Part shown: positions 52,416-61,595 of the stretch, one piece after another
How the letters are laid out: the number at the start of each line of letters is the position of its first letter
Numbering within the stretch: the stretch's first letter is position 1
Notes under the pieces: generated by a model
Databases searched by the model: none
The model's input: the letters and a program-made list of their open reading frames with translations, nothing else
What the model was told of the DNA's origin: nothing
Source of the DNA: Andalucia godoyi And28
Taxonomy: Eukaryota; Protista; Jakobida
DNA length: 64,000 nt
Reading direction: 5' to 3'
Assembly: GCA_009859145.1 (NCBI GenBank)
Contig: VRVR01000004.1
Coordinates: 400,934 to 464,933 of the forward strand
Translations under genes and position numbers: made by a program

Positions 52416-55400
52416 TTACGTGTCGAACTGAAGAACGCGAACAGGCATTTCGTCTTCCATTCGCGAGGAATCGGCATTCTTGACTGCGGAAGTAGGCTGC
52501 GTGGCGAGCATCGCCAGGTCAGTGTCCAGAGAGTCTGCAATCTCCAGACCGCCTGTGTTTTCCCGCACTGCGTCTTCATACACTTTCCTACGTTCCTGAA
52601 GACCAACGGACGGCGTGCGTGAGACAGAGGCAATGAACTCCGAAATGGTCTGCTCCTCGGCACTGTGTTCCGCCTCAGCAAAGGCTCGTGCCCGCTTTCT
52701 GCTTGATGCACTTGACCTTACTTCACCAGCACTGTCTGCGGTGCGAACAAACTGTTTCAGCTGTGGCGTCTTGAACGAACTTCGCAGCAACGCGTCTACT
52801 TCTGCGATAATGCGATTTGCAAGGATCGGAGTTTTCTGCTTTCCCGGAGTATCCGCCAGCAACCTGTCGATGTCCTGCAAAGAAACTTGTGGTCGAGCAG
52901 CAGGCACCGAGCTCGAACGAATACGCACTTCGTATTCAATCTCCTTGGCATCCTGCGGATTCAGGTCCATCCATTCTCGAATGCTGTTGCGAAGATATTT
53001 GTTCTCCAAGAGCAATACGAGAAAATCTAAAACATACTTCAGCAGCGGAGACCTCATCTGCTGCAGGAATCGCTTAAGCTGCGAAATCACAGGCAGGACA
53101 CGGTCCCGCACACCCGAAGAGATGAGGCCCAGTACGGAAGCATGCGTCGCAGCTTCCTCCTCTTGGACAGTCGACAGCCTCTCAAACGACGAAAGATCAG
53201 GCAAAGTCAGCACATAAAGCATATCCTCCAGTGTCGGATATGTAGTCGAATGACCTGCATCGCACATCTGCGCAATTTGATCCACAATCTTCATGAACAC
53301 TCGAAATCGTTCCGAAAGTTTCATTTCGGTGACCATGTACCGGTACGCTTTGAACCGCTGCTCTTGGTGCATTCGCGTTTCGTGATACAGCTGGATACCA
53401 TCAATCAACAATGATTCCCTCTTGACGCCCTTCTGGATCGCAGAGCGAAACAAGATTGGCGATCCCCGAGCAAGCATCAGAATCGCGCAGTTGGTGATGG
53501 AGGCCGGAAGGAGATAATCAAGCGACAGCAAGTGGGACAGCAGCGAGATGGTCAGTGAGGACAGTGCCGAAAGGGCGGGTGATGACAGAATGGAGTCGGC
53601 AATGTTGACAAACGCGGCTGCCAAGGACGGATCCAGCATAATCGCATCCGCATAGACGACGAGAACATTATGGATCAAAGACAGGTCTTGTGTTCGCGAG
53701 GAATCCACCATGGCAATGAGTCGTGATACGTCCTTGGGGTTCGAGGACAACGCAAACCTTCCAAACGCGATTACGTGAGCAGCAGACGCGAATGGGTTCG
53801 AAGACACTGCACGATGCATTTCGGGAAACAGAATCTTCTTTTTCAGAAGCGAAATATGTGACCCAACCAGGATTGCAGCTTCCGACAGGGACGATCCAAT
53901 AGCCTGCGCGACTTCAGTAACAAACTCGTCACCAGCGGCCCGGCACACAACTGTCAGTTTTGAAGGAGTGTACCACTCTGTCACCTTCTTGATGTCAAAC
54001 ATTCGCAATAGAGTCCGCGATGTTGCAGAGTCGAAGCTTTCCGGAGCATAAACGGAGAGCACGCGAAAGGATTGCTCAGAATTGATTCTAACAAGCAACG
54101 AAGGCGCAAAGGAGACCTTGCCAGTAGCTGAAGAGAAGCAGAATGCCACGAACAGTTCATACTCGGTAGGGTGGGAAGATGAAAACAGGTCAGCACTGCT
54201 GCCGGAGGATGCTCCTGCAGTGCCGCAGCGTGAAAAGTATCGTTGAAAACATCCTTCGTAAAATGACGCATTTCCAAGAATGAGCTCCTGGACCAGCGAG
54301 TCATATTGATTCGAGGAGCCGGAGGCCAGAACCGCAAGTCCCTTGTCTTGACTCGATAAGAGGCGCACAACAGCACTGACAAGTAAACGCCTACTGGCAA
54401 ACTTGCTGAGCAGAGCCAGGAGAAGGTCCAGCAGAGCATCTCCAACCCGCGGACTCCATTCAAGCGTTGCGGAAAGCAACGTGGCCAACACACGCTCCAC
54501 ATCTTCTGCGATCCCATCGAGTTCACAGTCGGAATCGACGATTTTCTCGACATGCTGAAGGATAGCAACTCTTTCCATCGGGGCAGCGTCTTCCCACATT
54601 TGCATGAGCACTCGGGGACCCACGATCAAGGGCCCCGCCATCCGTGCCACCAAATTCGAACATACCTGGTGCGCCTTGACCCTCACCTTTGCAACCTTGT
54701 CATGCAGCCGTTGTGCACCCAGTATGTAAACCTTTGGAATCACGCCTTCCTCGAACTCGGCAATCTGGCTCAAAATCTCGAGTGCTCCGATTCGTTTCTG
54801 CGAGTTTTGCACACGAAGGCATTTTCCAATGAAGTTAACAAACACATCAGACGCCAGAACATCTTGCTTGAGAGACCCGAGAACGAGGCCGAGGGAATCC
54901 GCATGATCCATGAGCCCGTAGACAGCGTGTTGATAGAACGTCGTCAGATCTTCGGAGACGTGTTCATGCACAAATCCCATAACTGCCGGTACGCTTTCCG
55001 GCCTTTCCACGACAGCATCCAAAAGAATGTTCAGCACAAAGTTCTTTTGGTCCGGAAGGAATAAAGCCAGCAGATTCACGTATTCGGGCATAATCGAAGC
55101 CGGTATTCTGCTGACTCCAGCACCCACATCAGCGGCAAACTTTTGGTCCTGTGCTCTCTGGAGCACAATCTGTGCACATGAGACCTGATTCAAAGACTGC
55201 ATGTGCATGAAGCATTTTGAAACCATGGAAGAGATGAAATACAGAGCATAGTTCGTCGTTGGATGACTTAGAAACAAGAGATACTGTATCGACGCGCTGT
55301 ACCCAAGAGAGTCACTTGTGGAAGTAGATAGCGCATGATCCAATATGCATAAATAAGGAAGCAGGTGCTCAGGTCGCGGCGAAAACTCTGAAATCCACAA

Positions 55401-55538
55401 TCCAAGTGTCTGGCGGTCTATGCTTGACCACAAGGACACATCATCACCATTAGCCTCACTTAACTGTCCCGTGGCCGAAAGAGACTGAACCGCACTTTCA
55501 GGGACTGCTCGAATCAGTTCCTCCATATTTGCAATCAT
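52416..55538 (-). CDS. NCAPD3: Condensin II subunit CAP-D3
   Basis: HEAT-like protein with RLHDKVAKVRVKA, HNVLVVYAD, SHLLSLDY, QRFKAYRYM, and C-terminal LKRFLQQMRSPLLKYVLDFL...AKEIEYEV typical of CAP-D3. Confidence 0.78.
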   Translation of the reverse strand: MIANMEELIRAVPESAVQSLSATGQLSEANGDDVSLWSSIDRQTLGLWISEFSPRPEHLLPYLCILDHALSTSTSDSLGYSASIQYLLFLSHPTTNYALYFISSMVSKCFMHMQSLNQVSCAQIVLQRAQDQKFAADVGAGVSRIPASIMPEYVNLLALFLPDQKNFVLNILLDAVVERPESVPAVMGFVHEHVSEDLTTFYQHAVYGLMDHADSLGLVLGSLKQDVLASDVFVNFIGKCLRVQNSQKRIGALEILSQIAEFEEGVIPKVYILGAQRLHDKVAKVRVKAHQVCSNLVARMAGPLIVGPRVLMQMWEDAAPMERVAILQHVEKIVDSDCELDGIAEDVERVLATLLSATLEWSPRVGDALLDLLLALLSKFASRRLLVSAVVRLLSSQDKGLAVLASGSSNQYDSLVQELILGNASFYEGCFQRYFSRCGTAGASSGSSADLFSSSHPTEYELFVAFCFSSATGKVSFAPSLLVRINSEQSFRVLSVYAPESFDSATSRTLLRMFDIKKVTEWYTPSKLTVVCRAAGDEFVTEVAQAIGSSLSEAAILVGSHISLLKKKILFPEMHRAVSSNPFASAAHVIAFGRFALSSNPKDVSRLIAMVDSSRTQDLSLIHNVLVVYADAIMLDPSLAAAFVNIADSILSSPALSALSSLTISLLSHLLSLDYLLPASITNCAILMLARGSPILFRSAIQKGVKRESLLIDGIQLYHETRMHQEQRFKAYRYMVTEMKLSERFRVFMKIVDQIAQMCDAGHSTTYPTLEDMLYVLTLPDLSSFERLSTVQEEEAATHASVLGLISSGVRDRVLPVISQLKRFLQQMRSPLLKYVLDFLVLLLENKYLRNSIREWMDLNPQDAKEIEYEVRIRSSSVPAARPQVSLQDIDRLLADTPGKQKTPILANRIIAEVDALLRSSFKTPQLKQFVRTADSAGEVRSSASSRKRARAFAEAEHSAEEQTISEFIASVSRTPSVGLQERRKVYEDAVRENTGGLEIADSLDTDLAMLATQPTSAVKNADSSRMEDEMPVRVLQFDT

Positions 55539-55698
55539 CGGCGTTTCCTTTTTTCTTTTTCAACCGAACCACTGCAAATAATAACAGCAATAATAATGCA
55601 CAAATAAATAATAATAAATAACGCCTCAAAGGCAATTAATAACAATTACACTGAAAAAACAAATACCATAACGAAACGACAAAAGGAAGCGCAGTTCT

Positions 55699-55708
55699 TT
55701 TGGCGGGA
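55699..55708 (+). promoter_or_regulatory. E2F-type motif TTTGGCGGGA about 160 bp upstream of CAP-D3
   Basis: Reads TCCCGCCAAA on the CAP-D3 sense strand. Confidence 0.55.
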
Positions 55709-55850
55709 GAAGGACTGCAACCGTGCATCAAGCGTCACGTCGTTCGAAACGGTTAAGAAAACAGGCATCCATCCGATATCCCCGTTTTCCATCACACCGC
55801 TTTCTCTTTTTCTCTCACAATCTCGTTCATTTCGTTCATCTCTCCTTTGT

Positions 55851-55852
<2 letters not shown>

Positions 55853-55891
<39 letters not shown>

Positions 55892-55905
55892 GCGTGTGTG
55901 TGTGT

Positions 55906-55951
<46 letters not shown>

Positions 55952-55985
55952 CGCGTGTGTGTGTACGTGTGTGCGTGCGTGCGTG
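55853..55985. repeat. Interrupted (GT)n microsatellite
   Basis: Read directly from the sequence. Confidence 0.96.
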
Positions 55986-56109
55986 TTTACTCTTTCGGAA
56001 CTTCCGTCTTATTTATTTATCATTGTTTGCTATTCGCTTTTCTTACTGGCATTAGAGAGTTTTTGTGATTATCTTGCCGTTTTAACTGGGACGTGGCTGT
56101 TTGTGGAAA

Positions 56110-58263
56110 ATGTCTCATCTTTCTCGGTCGCCGGCTGTTCAGTCACGTCATGAATCGCAGTTTTCGAGACTTGATGCGATCCAAAAGTCGCTGACCACGC
56201 TCTCGAGTACGACTCCGAGAAACAAGGCCGAGCTCCTGGACGAGGCTCTTCAGCTTGCAAAGTACTTTGCAAATGAATGCTCTTTTGCAGAGGCTCAATT
56301 CCAACGGGCGTCCAGTGAAACAGATTCCCTTCGGTGGTCTCGAAAGCAGTCGATGACGCAAGGGTCCGACGAGGAGGTTGGGTCAGATCTTGACGAGCAG
56401 GAGGATCTGCGCAAGATTTCAGACGACATTGCTTCGCTGGAGAAGGAGATGAGTTCCATGAAGGGAATTGTGATGCAAGCGGCCGCAAATGCGAGTGGGT
56501 CTTCCGCGGCTCCGTCGACATCACCGACTTCGTCCAGCATTTCATCGGGGATTTCGCAGCTTGTAACTTCTCCTTCGAAGAAGAAGCTTCCGTCCTTGAA
56601 TTCGCGTGTCGGGCGGCTTTTGGAGACGAAGGCTGCGAAGCTTGAGGATTTGTTGGCGCTGTACCGAAAGAGACTGGCACAGTTTTCGGAAATTCAGGGG
56701 CTTGGGGGTGAGATTGTTGCGCAGTACGGATCGATTTCTTCCATGTTTGATGCAATTTCAAAGCTTCGAAAGGAGAACGAAGTGCTGAGACAGCGTGAGA
56801 TCCGATGGTCTGTGAATTCGCTCATCAAGAGAAGAAACCTCAAAGAATGCGATCAGGATTTCCTGCGAGTGCTTGTGATTGCGTTGCAGTCAGAGCTTGC
56901 AGCGACGCTTGACGAGCTTGAGCAGGTTCGAAAGGCTCGTCCGCATATCTATGGCCAGATCAAGCACGTTGACATTGGTTTGGTGCATGATTTGGAAGAC
57001 ATTGGAGTTGATGACGATGACGAAGAGAAGGTGACAATTCCGCATCGCCTGTCGTCGGTGGACGCTTCCGTCGGTGCGGAGTATGTTACTAGACAGTCCG
57101 TTACGCCGACGTCTGGTGTCCGACACTCGGATCAGCAGTGGCTGGTGCAGAAGCTTGCGACTGCCGAACACTCCAATCAAGCGCTGCATGCACAGCTGCG
57201 CTTCATGGAGGCGGAGGTTGACAAGGTTCGTTCGTTTATTTCGCAGAATGCGGAAACTGCGTTTCCGCCTTCGTCGCCGCAAGTTGAAAAGGACTTTGCG
57301 GTTTCCCAATTGTCGAAGCGTGTTCGACAGTTGAATCATCAGGTGGATGCGTTGTTGGAGGACGTGAACAGGCTCCATCAGACGGTTCTTGCCAAACAGA
57401 AGGAAATTGATCTGCAACAGGAGATTATCGCACAACAGGGTCGTGACAGAGCATCGCAGGAATCGCTGCTTGCTGAAGCTCTGCATCGTATCGATTTGCT
57501 TTCGAAGCGGAACAATGCGCTGGGAACGTCCCTTTCGCGGTCGCAACATGCAAACCGTGTCTTGCATGCCACCTCCACTGCCCTCAGCCATGCCTTGTGG
57601 GGCCAGTCTCCTCGGGATCGTGGGCTCGTCAATGATCTGCTGTCCGATTCCATGCGCGTGTACGGCGTCACGGTCCGTGCGGTGATTCGCATTCAGGCGT
57701 GGGCACGCGGATGGAAGGCGAGGCGCCAGCATCAGAGTGCGTTCTCTCGCAATTCCTCGTTTGCTTCACAGCAAGCGTCGTCAGTTCGTCGGGAGACAGT
57801 CTCTGTGCTGAGCCCTCGTGCGGAGGCGGCTGCTGCCCCCGTGAAGCCCTTGCCGCCGAAGGAGAAGTCCGAGACGATGGTGCTGTCTTCGCTGGATGTC
57901 TACGGACTCTTGCTCGAAACACTGATTTCCTCGCAGGCGATGAGCCACCGCAGAACAGCACAAGAGCAGTCTCACATTGTGTCTTCGATCGTCCAAGGTC
58001 TGCGTGATGATTTGCGGCGAACTGTACAGAAAGATCTGGACCACTTCCGCAAGTTGTTGCTGTCCGATGCCCAGCAGTTGATGGAGGGCTGGCGAAAATC
58101 ACTCAATTACCCGCGAGTAGAGAGAGCGTCCTACACGGGAGACTGGTCTGCGGTCGAGCGGTCCAGCCAGTCCGAGGCTCCGACTACCAGGGATTTCTGC
58201 GAGCAAACAGTCGTCGAGGACGCAGCAGCAGCAGCAGCCCCAGTCCCAGCCAAGAAGAAGTGA
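56110..58263 (+). CDS. Coiled-coil protein with an IQ calmodulin-binding motif
   Basis: ATG at 56110; extended heptad regions; AVIRIQAWARGWKARRQ fits IQxxxRGxxxR. Confidence 0.75.
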   Translation: MSHLSRSPAVQSRHESQFSRLDAIQKSLTTLSSTTPRNKAELLDEALQLAKYFANECSFAEAQFQRASSETDSLRWSRKQSMTQGSDEEVGSDLDEQEDLRKISDDIASLEKEMSSMKGIVMQAAANASGSSAAPSTSPTSSSISSGISQLVTSPSKKKLPSLNSRVGRLLETKAAKLEDLLALYRKRLAQFSEIQGLGGEIVAQYGSISSMFDAISKLRKENEVLRQREIRWSVNSLIKRRNLKECDQDFLRVLVIALQSELAATLDELEQVRKARPHIYGQIKHVDIGLVHDLEDIGVDDDDEEKVTIPHRLSSVDASVGAEYVTRQSVTPTSGVRHSDQQWLVQKLATAEHSNQALHAQLRFMEAEVDKVRSFISQNAETAFPPSSPQVEKDFAVSQLSKRVRQLNHQVDALLEDVNRLHQTVLAKQKEIDLQQEIIAQQGRDRASQESLLAEALHRIDLLSKRNNALGTSLSRSQHANRVLHATSTALSHALWGQSPRDRGLVNDLLSDSMRVYGVTVRAVIRIQAWARGWKARRQHQSAFSRNSSFASQQASSVRRETVSVLSPRAEAAAAPVKPLPPKEKSETMVLSSLDVYGLLLETLISSQAMSHRRTAQEQSHIVSSIVQGLRDDLRRTVQKDLDHFRKLLLSDAQQLMEGWRKSLNYPRVERASYTGDWSAVERSSQSEAPTTRDFCEQTVVEDAAAAAAPVPAKKK

Positions 58264-58433
58264 GAGATGCCGCATTCGCATGTTTCTTCTCTTCTTGTTT
58301 TTTCCATATATCTTTATATTTGCCAGAGGGAGCATGCGTCTTTCTTTTCATCTTCTTGTACTCTAGGAAACACATGCGTTTGGACTCGCTGAATCCGATG
58401 CAACGTAAGCAAAACACGCGGAGAAATAAACTG

Positions 58434-59600
58434 TCATCGGTACGACGCATCGTGGTCTTCATCTGCCGCTTCGTCCTGATCACCTTCATCAAACTCTGCA
58501 TCCTCACCATCGTCGTTGTCATTTCCATCCTCCTCGTCAGCGAAAGCATTGTCCACTTCACTTCCATCTGCGTCTCCATCGTCGCTTTCCTCGTCGTCCG
58601 CGTCCTCGTCAAAATCAGCGTTTCTCGAGCCTCTGTGCGAGTCATCTGCCGGATCAAGGACCAGCCCTCGAGCCATCGCAGATCTTCTGTACAGAACGAG
58701 CGCAGCGTAAAACAGGTTTGCATCCGGCGCAGCCGCCACGTGTTCCTGCGGTCCGTTTTCCAGCTTGTCGATCTTTGAAAACACTTCCTGCCAGTGGCCT
58801 TTCCGAATATCCCAGCTCCACTCAGTCCAAAGGCCATTCACCCATTTCCCAAACTCCGTGTTTTCCACGCCCGTTAGATGACCTAGGGTTTCGTACATGA
58901 TCAGTTCCTGCTCAGGCTCCGACAACGCAAGCAACAGAGCTCTGCGAGACCGTCGCTTTGACAAAATCTCATCTCGGTGCTTTGTTCCGTATTTCTTCAT
59001 GCTTCTCTTCACGCTTTCTGGATTTCGCGCTCTCCATTCCGCAATAACCTTGATTAACCGGTCCCGATGCAGTCTGCGATACGCCGCATTCGCCGCTAGA
59101 ATACGCTCCTTGTTCGCCAGGTAGTACTTTCTTCGGTGTTCGCGCGCCTTCTCTACCCGAACTCTCTTCAGATACTCATGAAGTTCGTCGTCTGACATCT
59201 CGCTCAAATCCTTGTCCGGTGGATACTGCTCCAACACCGCTTTGGACAGCAAGAGCGCGTCGTCTTTCAAATCGACATTGAATGAATCCGCAACAATCGA
59301 CTCTTCTTCGGCTCTTTTGGACACTCCTTTTCGCTTCTTGGCAGTCCCGCGTGGATCAAGATGATCGCCATGCTCATCCGCTGTCGCTGAAGCATCCTCT
59401 TCCACCATCTCTCCGTCTTCTATGCCGCGACCGAAGCGCGAAGAGCCCGCGGATGAGGAAAACGAGCGCTCAGACAACCGCAGGCCAAGGACCGGGCTCG
59501 ACAGCAGTGCCGAACTGTGACGCTTCGCATGGTTTGCAAGTTTGGCAATCCACGGATTAACAGAGACGCTGAACAGCCTCGAACACCTCATTCCCAACAT
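58434..59600 (-). CDS. Putative mitochondrial protein with basic helical repeats and an acidic tail
   Basis: ATG at 59600 or 59591 gives an Arg/Ser-rich transit-like peptide; repeats RKYYLANKERI / AAYRRLHRDRL / AEWRARNPESV / KKYGTKHRDEI; D/E-rich C-terminus. Confidence 0.7.
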   Translation of the reverse strand: MLGMRCSRLFSVSVNPWIAKLANHAKRHSSALLSSPVLGLRLSERSFSSSAGSSRFGRGIEDGEMVEEDASATADEHGDHLDPRGTAKKRKGVSKRAEEESIVADSFNVDLKDDALLLSKAVLEQYPPDKDLSEMSDDELHEYLKRVRVEKAREHRRKYYLANKERILAANAAYRRLHRDRLIKVIAEWRARNPESVKRSMKKYGTKHRDEILSKRRSRRALLLALSEPEQELIMYETLGHLTGVENTEFGKWVNGLWTEWSWDIRKGHWQEVFSKIDKLENGPQEHVAAAPDANLFYAALVLYRRSAMARGLVLDPADDSHRGSRNADFDEDADDEESDDGDADGSEVDNAFADEEDGNDNDDGEDAEFDEGDQDEAADEDHDASYR

Positions 59601-59840
59601 TTTCTCTGGATACAAGCTACCAAGAACCCATTCTACGTCCTTCCTACAGTGTACGAATGAAACTGTGCTTGGGCTTGTCGAGTGAACCCCATGGAAAAAG
59701 CACCCACAGAAGGATCGACATGACTGTCGAGAGTACAGCCGCGGAGCCCGTGCCTTTTCGCCCTCCGTTTTTTGGGACTTTGGGACACACACAAACAGAG
59801 AAGATGATGAAAAGAGCATTAACGGAATGACAGTATCTCA

Positions 59841-59958
59841 GGTACGGCCATACTAGAGTGAAAATACCGCATCCCGTCCGATTTGCGAAGTCAAGTGCTC
59901 TCAGGCTGGAGTAGTACTGAGGTGGGTGACCACTCGGGAATTCCCAGTGCTGTACTTT
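59841..59958 (+). rRNA. 5S ribosomal RNA gene (single copy in window)
   Basis: GGTACGGCCATAC...CCCGTCCGATTTGCGAAGTCAAG...AGTAGTACTGAGGTGGGTGACCACTCGGGAA...GTGCTGTAC; helix I pairs 5' GGTACGGC with 3' GCTGTACT; about 118 nt. Confidence 0.96.
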
Positions 59959-59960
59959 TT
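59956..59960 (+). terminator. RNA polymerase III terminator (T5) of the 5S gene
   Basis: TTTTT immediately after helix I. Confidence 0.8.
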
Positions 59961-60190
59961 GCGACTTTTGCTTTTCTTTCCCCTTGTGTTCTACGCACAC
60001 GTTACCGTTTTCCTTGCTCGTCGACAGCAAGAAAAGAAAAAAAAAAAAAAAAGAAGAAGAAGAAGAAGAAGAAGAAGAAAGAAGAGAAGGGAGAGGGGAA
60101 GGGGGACGAAATAGAACTCGCGGACCGAGGCGGGAAGAGCAATAAACTGAAACACATCTTTCACTTACATGTACATCCGAGGAAAAGGCT

Positions 60191-61270
60191 TCAGAAGAGC
60201 CACACACCGAGTCTGTTGACTTCTTCAATGAGCAGCAGAGACATTTTTTTCTGTCCAGAGACGCTTGGGTGTCCAGCACAGCCGAAATCAGACGGTTCTG
60301 TTAAGCAGTGGAGATCGACAAACCCGAACCGCTTGTCGGACTGCTGAATCTTGTGCACAACGTCCAGTACTTGTGTTTTGGGAGCAAGGGGGTTCGTTCC
60401 CAGAGCCGCGATGATGTACGTTCGTGGGCCGTATGCGCTCCGAATTCTCGAGTACAAGTTGAAATACCCTTGTTCAAACACATTGTCGTAGGGAGTCGGC
60501 TGCGTGCTGTAATCGTTGTCGCCGAGCTCGATCACCACGAGCTCGGGAATCCACGAGGGGAACTTCCAATCGGATGCATTCACGTTTCCCAGCGTGCGGT
60601 CTGCATACACCGGCAGCGGATCCACCGAGGTGCGGTTTGCATCTCCATAGTTGCGAACAACACCCTTGCCAGACCAGCACTCCATATGCAGCTCTGCTCC
60701 AAAGTGCATTGCAGTGAGCGTCTGGAACGATTCAAGCGCATTTTGCGTACCAACCGTGTACGGACAAGGAGGAGTTCCCTCAACTCCATACGCACACGAA
60801 AGTGAGTCGGCAAATACTTCCATCTTCCGTGAGACAGGGCTCCTGCACTGCACAAACTTTGCACTGTCATCGATTTCAAAGGAATTGAAAGTCACAATAC
60901 CAACCAGTGCTTCGGTGCGTTTGACGAGCGACACATCGTATGTTTTCGACCGATCTGCCGTCGATGTCAGTACGTACACCGCACTTGGACCGGCAGTGAG
61001 GTTCAGGCGCCGGATAAAGTGGTCGTCTGACCCCGCATTCACAATAACTTCAAACTGGTTGGTTCCTGTATCCGACGCCGATACAAGCAACGTCGACGAT
61101 CCAGTAAAGCACACAGTGATGGTGTTCAGGGACCAGTCCATCTGCACTGATTGACCCACCACAAGCGACCGGCCATTGCTGGTCTGTGCACTCGACGCCG
61201 GAAGCACCTCGTATCCGCTACTGCATACCAGTAGTCCGAAAGCCAGCACCAATCCGCACAGAATCTTCAT
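60191..61270 (-). CDS. Secreted SGNH hydrolase, carbohydrate esterase family 2-like
   Basis: ATG at 61270 gives signal peptide MKILCGLVLAFGLLVCSSG; N-terminal beta domain; FADSLSCAYG, WSGKGVVRN, IELGDND, GHPSVSGQ match the CE2 blocks. Confidence 0.82.
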   Translation of the reverse strand: MKILCGLVLAFGLLVCSSGYEVLPASSAQTSNGRSLVVGQSVQMDWSLNTITVCFTGSSTLLVSASDTGTNQFEVIVNAGSDDHFIRRLNLTAGPSAVYVLTSTADRSKTYDVSLVKRTEALVGIVTFNSFEIDDSAKFVQCRSPVSRKMEVFADSLSCAYGVEGTPPCPYTVGTQNALESFQTLTAMHFGAELHMECWSGKGVVRNYGDANRTSVDPLPVYADRTLGNVNASDWKFPSWIPELVVIELGDNDYSTQPTPYDNVFEQGYFNLYSRIRSAYGPRTYIIAALGTNPLAPKTQVLDVVHKIQQSDKRFGFVDLHCLTEPSDFGCAGHPSVSGQKKMSLLLIEEVNRLGVWLF

Positions 61271-61595
61271 CACCCTGCCCTTCCTTGTGCATCCGTGTAG
61301 GTCAGTACGTGCATGACTGCTCGCATTTTCTCCAATGGGTTGCGGAAAGCCTTCAAAAGCAAAAGGAAAACCTTTGAAAGGAGAGAAAAATCCCCGTGTA
61401 GAATCAGTTGATGCAACGATGCCTTTTTTCCTTCCCCTTTCCCTTCTCTCTGGCTTTTGGAAATGTCGCGCGTGCATCCACGTTCCCCTCGTCTGTTCGT
61501 TCTTTGTCTTTCTTCTGTTTTTCCGTTTATTTTTGTCGTTTAATATATACATGGATATTTTGTGGTAGAAAGAGGGAGGCGATTTTGGTGAGGAA

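Noticed and set aside
59795-59832. U6-like words (ACAGAGAAGAT, AGCAT, GGAATGACA) just upstream of the 5S gene
   Set aside because: Spacing is wrong, the internal stem-loop and 5' stem are missing and there is no terminator; most likely chance, though a U6 covariance-model scan would settle it.
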